64,000 nucleotides of DNA, taken from the sequence record NC_010821.1. One strand, written 5' to 3'. Under the pieces are notes generated by a model. It made no database searches, was not told the origin of the DNA, and saw only the letters and a list, made by a program, of their open reading frames with translations. Position numbers and translations under genes: made by a program. This document shows positions 63,711 through 64,000 of the stretch, one piece after another; the first letter of the stretch is position 1; each line of letters starts with the position of its first letter.

Positions 63711-64000
63711 ATGACTATCACCTCTGTCTCGGAGAGTGCAGGACTACGAGAGCGTTTTATTGAAGATGCAAAAATGGTATATAAGAACCGCAATTTAGAT
63801 TTCTCTCAAAGCAAACACCCTGGCCAAGAAGGTCGTTTCCTTGATAAGAAGGTCCACCACATGTGGCTGGGTTATGAACTCATACACACTGCTGGCCAAT
63901 GGCGGGATAAGGAAGATGTGCCATCATCTATCCTCGGTCACTACATTGTTGGTAACCACACTGGTCCGGGGCTTAAGCTTGTGACTGGCTATAGACCTTT
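63711..64000 (+). CDS. partial hypothetical protein (runs off window)
   Basis: AAGGA SD; open to the end of the window. Confidence 0.7.
   Translation, partial: MTITSVSESAGLRERFIEDAKMVYKNRNLDFSQSKHPGQEGRFLDKKVHHMWLGYELIHTAGQWRDKEDVPSSILGHYIVGNHTGPGLKLVTGYRP

Noticed and set aside
1-64000. CRISPR array, DGR template repeat, retron or IS element
   Set aside because: By eye I found no regularly spaced direct repeats, reverse transcriptase, transposase or integrase motifs. A computational repeat search was not run.
1-64000. Stop-codon reassignment
   Set aside because: Genes tile densely under the standard code, and conserved enzymes (thyA, nrdB, RNA ligase) are uninterrupted.

Overview
This window reads as a slice of a phiKZ-like (Chimalliviridae-type) jumbo bacteriophage genome rather than a host chromosome. 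That assignment is an inference from several signals: dense, tightly coupled small ORFs; repeated TATATTAC (phiKZ early-type) and TATG(TA) (late-type) promoter motifs; an insertion-rich thymidylate synthase; a class Ia ribonucleotide reductase beta subunit; an Rnl2-type RNA ligase; and a head-protein-like ORF with S-x-E protease sites. Hallmark genes such as chimallin and the RNA polymerase subunits are not in the window. Positions 1-41.8 kb are almost all + strand early/accessory genes with several divergent paralog arrays. Positions 41.8-62.3 kb are mostly - strand: an RlmN-like radical SAM gene, a virion/adhesin-like cassette, tRNA-Leu(UAA), a tRNA-like RNA and nrdB. The most striking unexplained signals are non-coding: a roughly 450-nt, heavily base-paired intergenic RNA candidate (39.05-39.52 kb), and a CCA-ended tRNA-like RNA with a G3.U70 pair and a 22-nt expanded anticodon loop (54766-54857). 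Alongside these are an RlmN homolog lacking the resolving cysteine and two tandem SspB-like (ClpXP adaptor) genes. All family assignments come from motif recognition by eye; no database search or folding program was run. Where I moved a start codon relative to the ORF track, it was to the ATG with a Shine-Dalgarno (SD)-like sequence.
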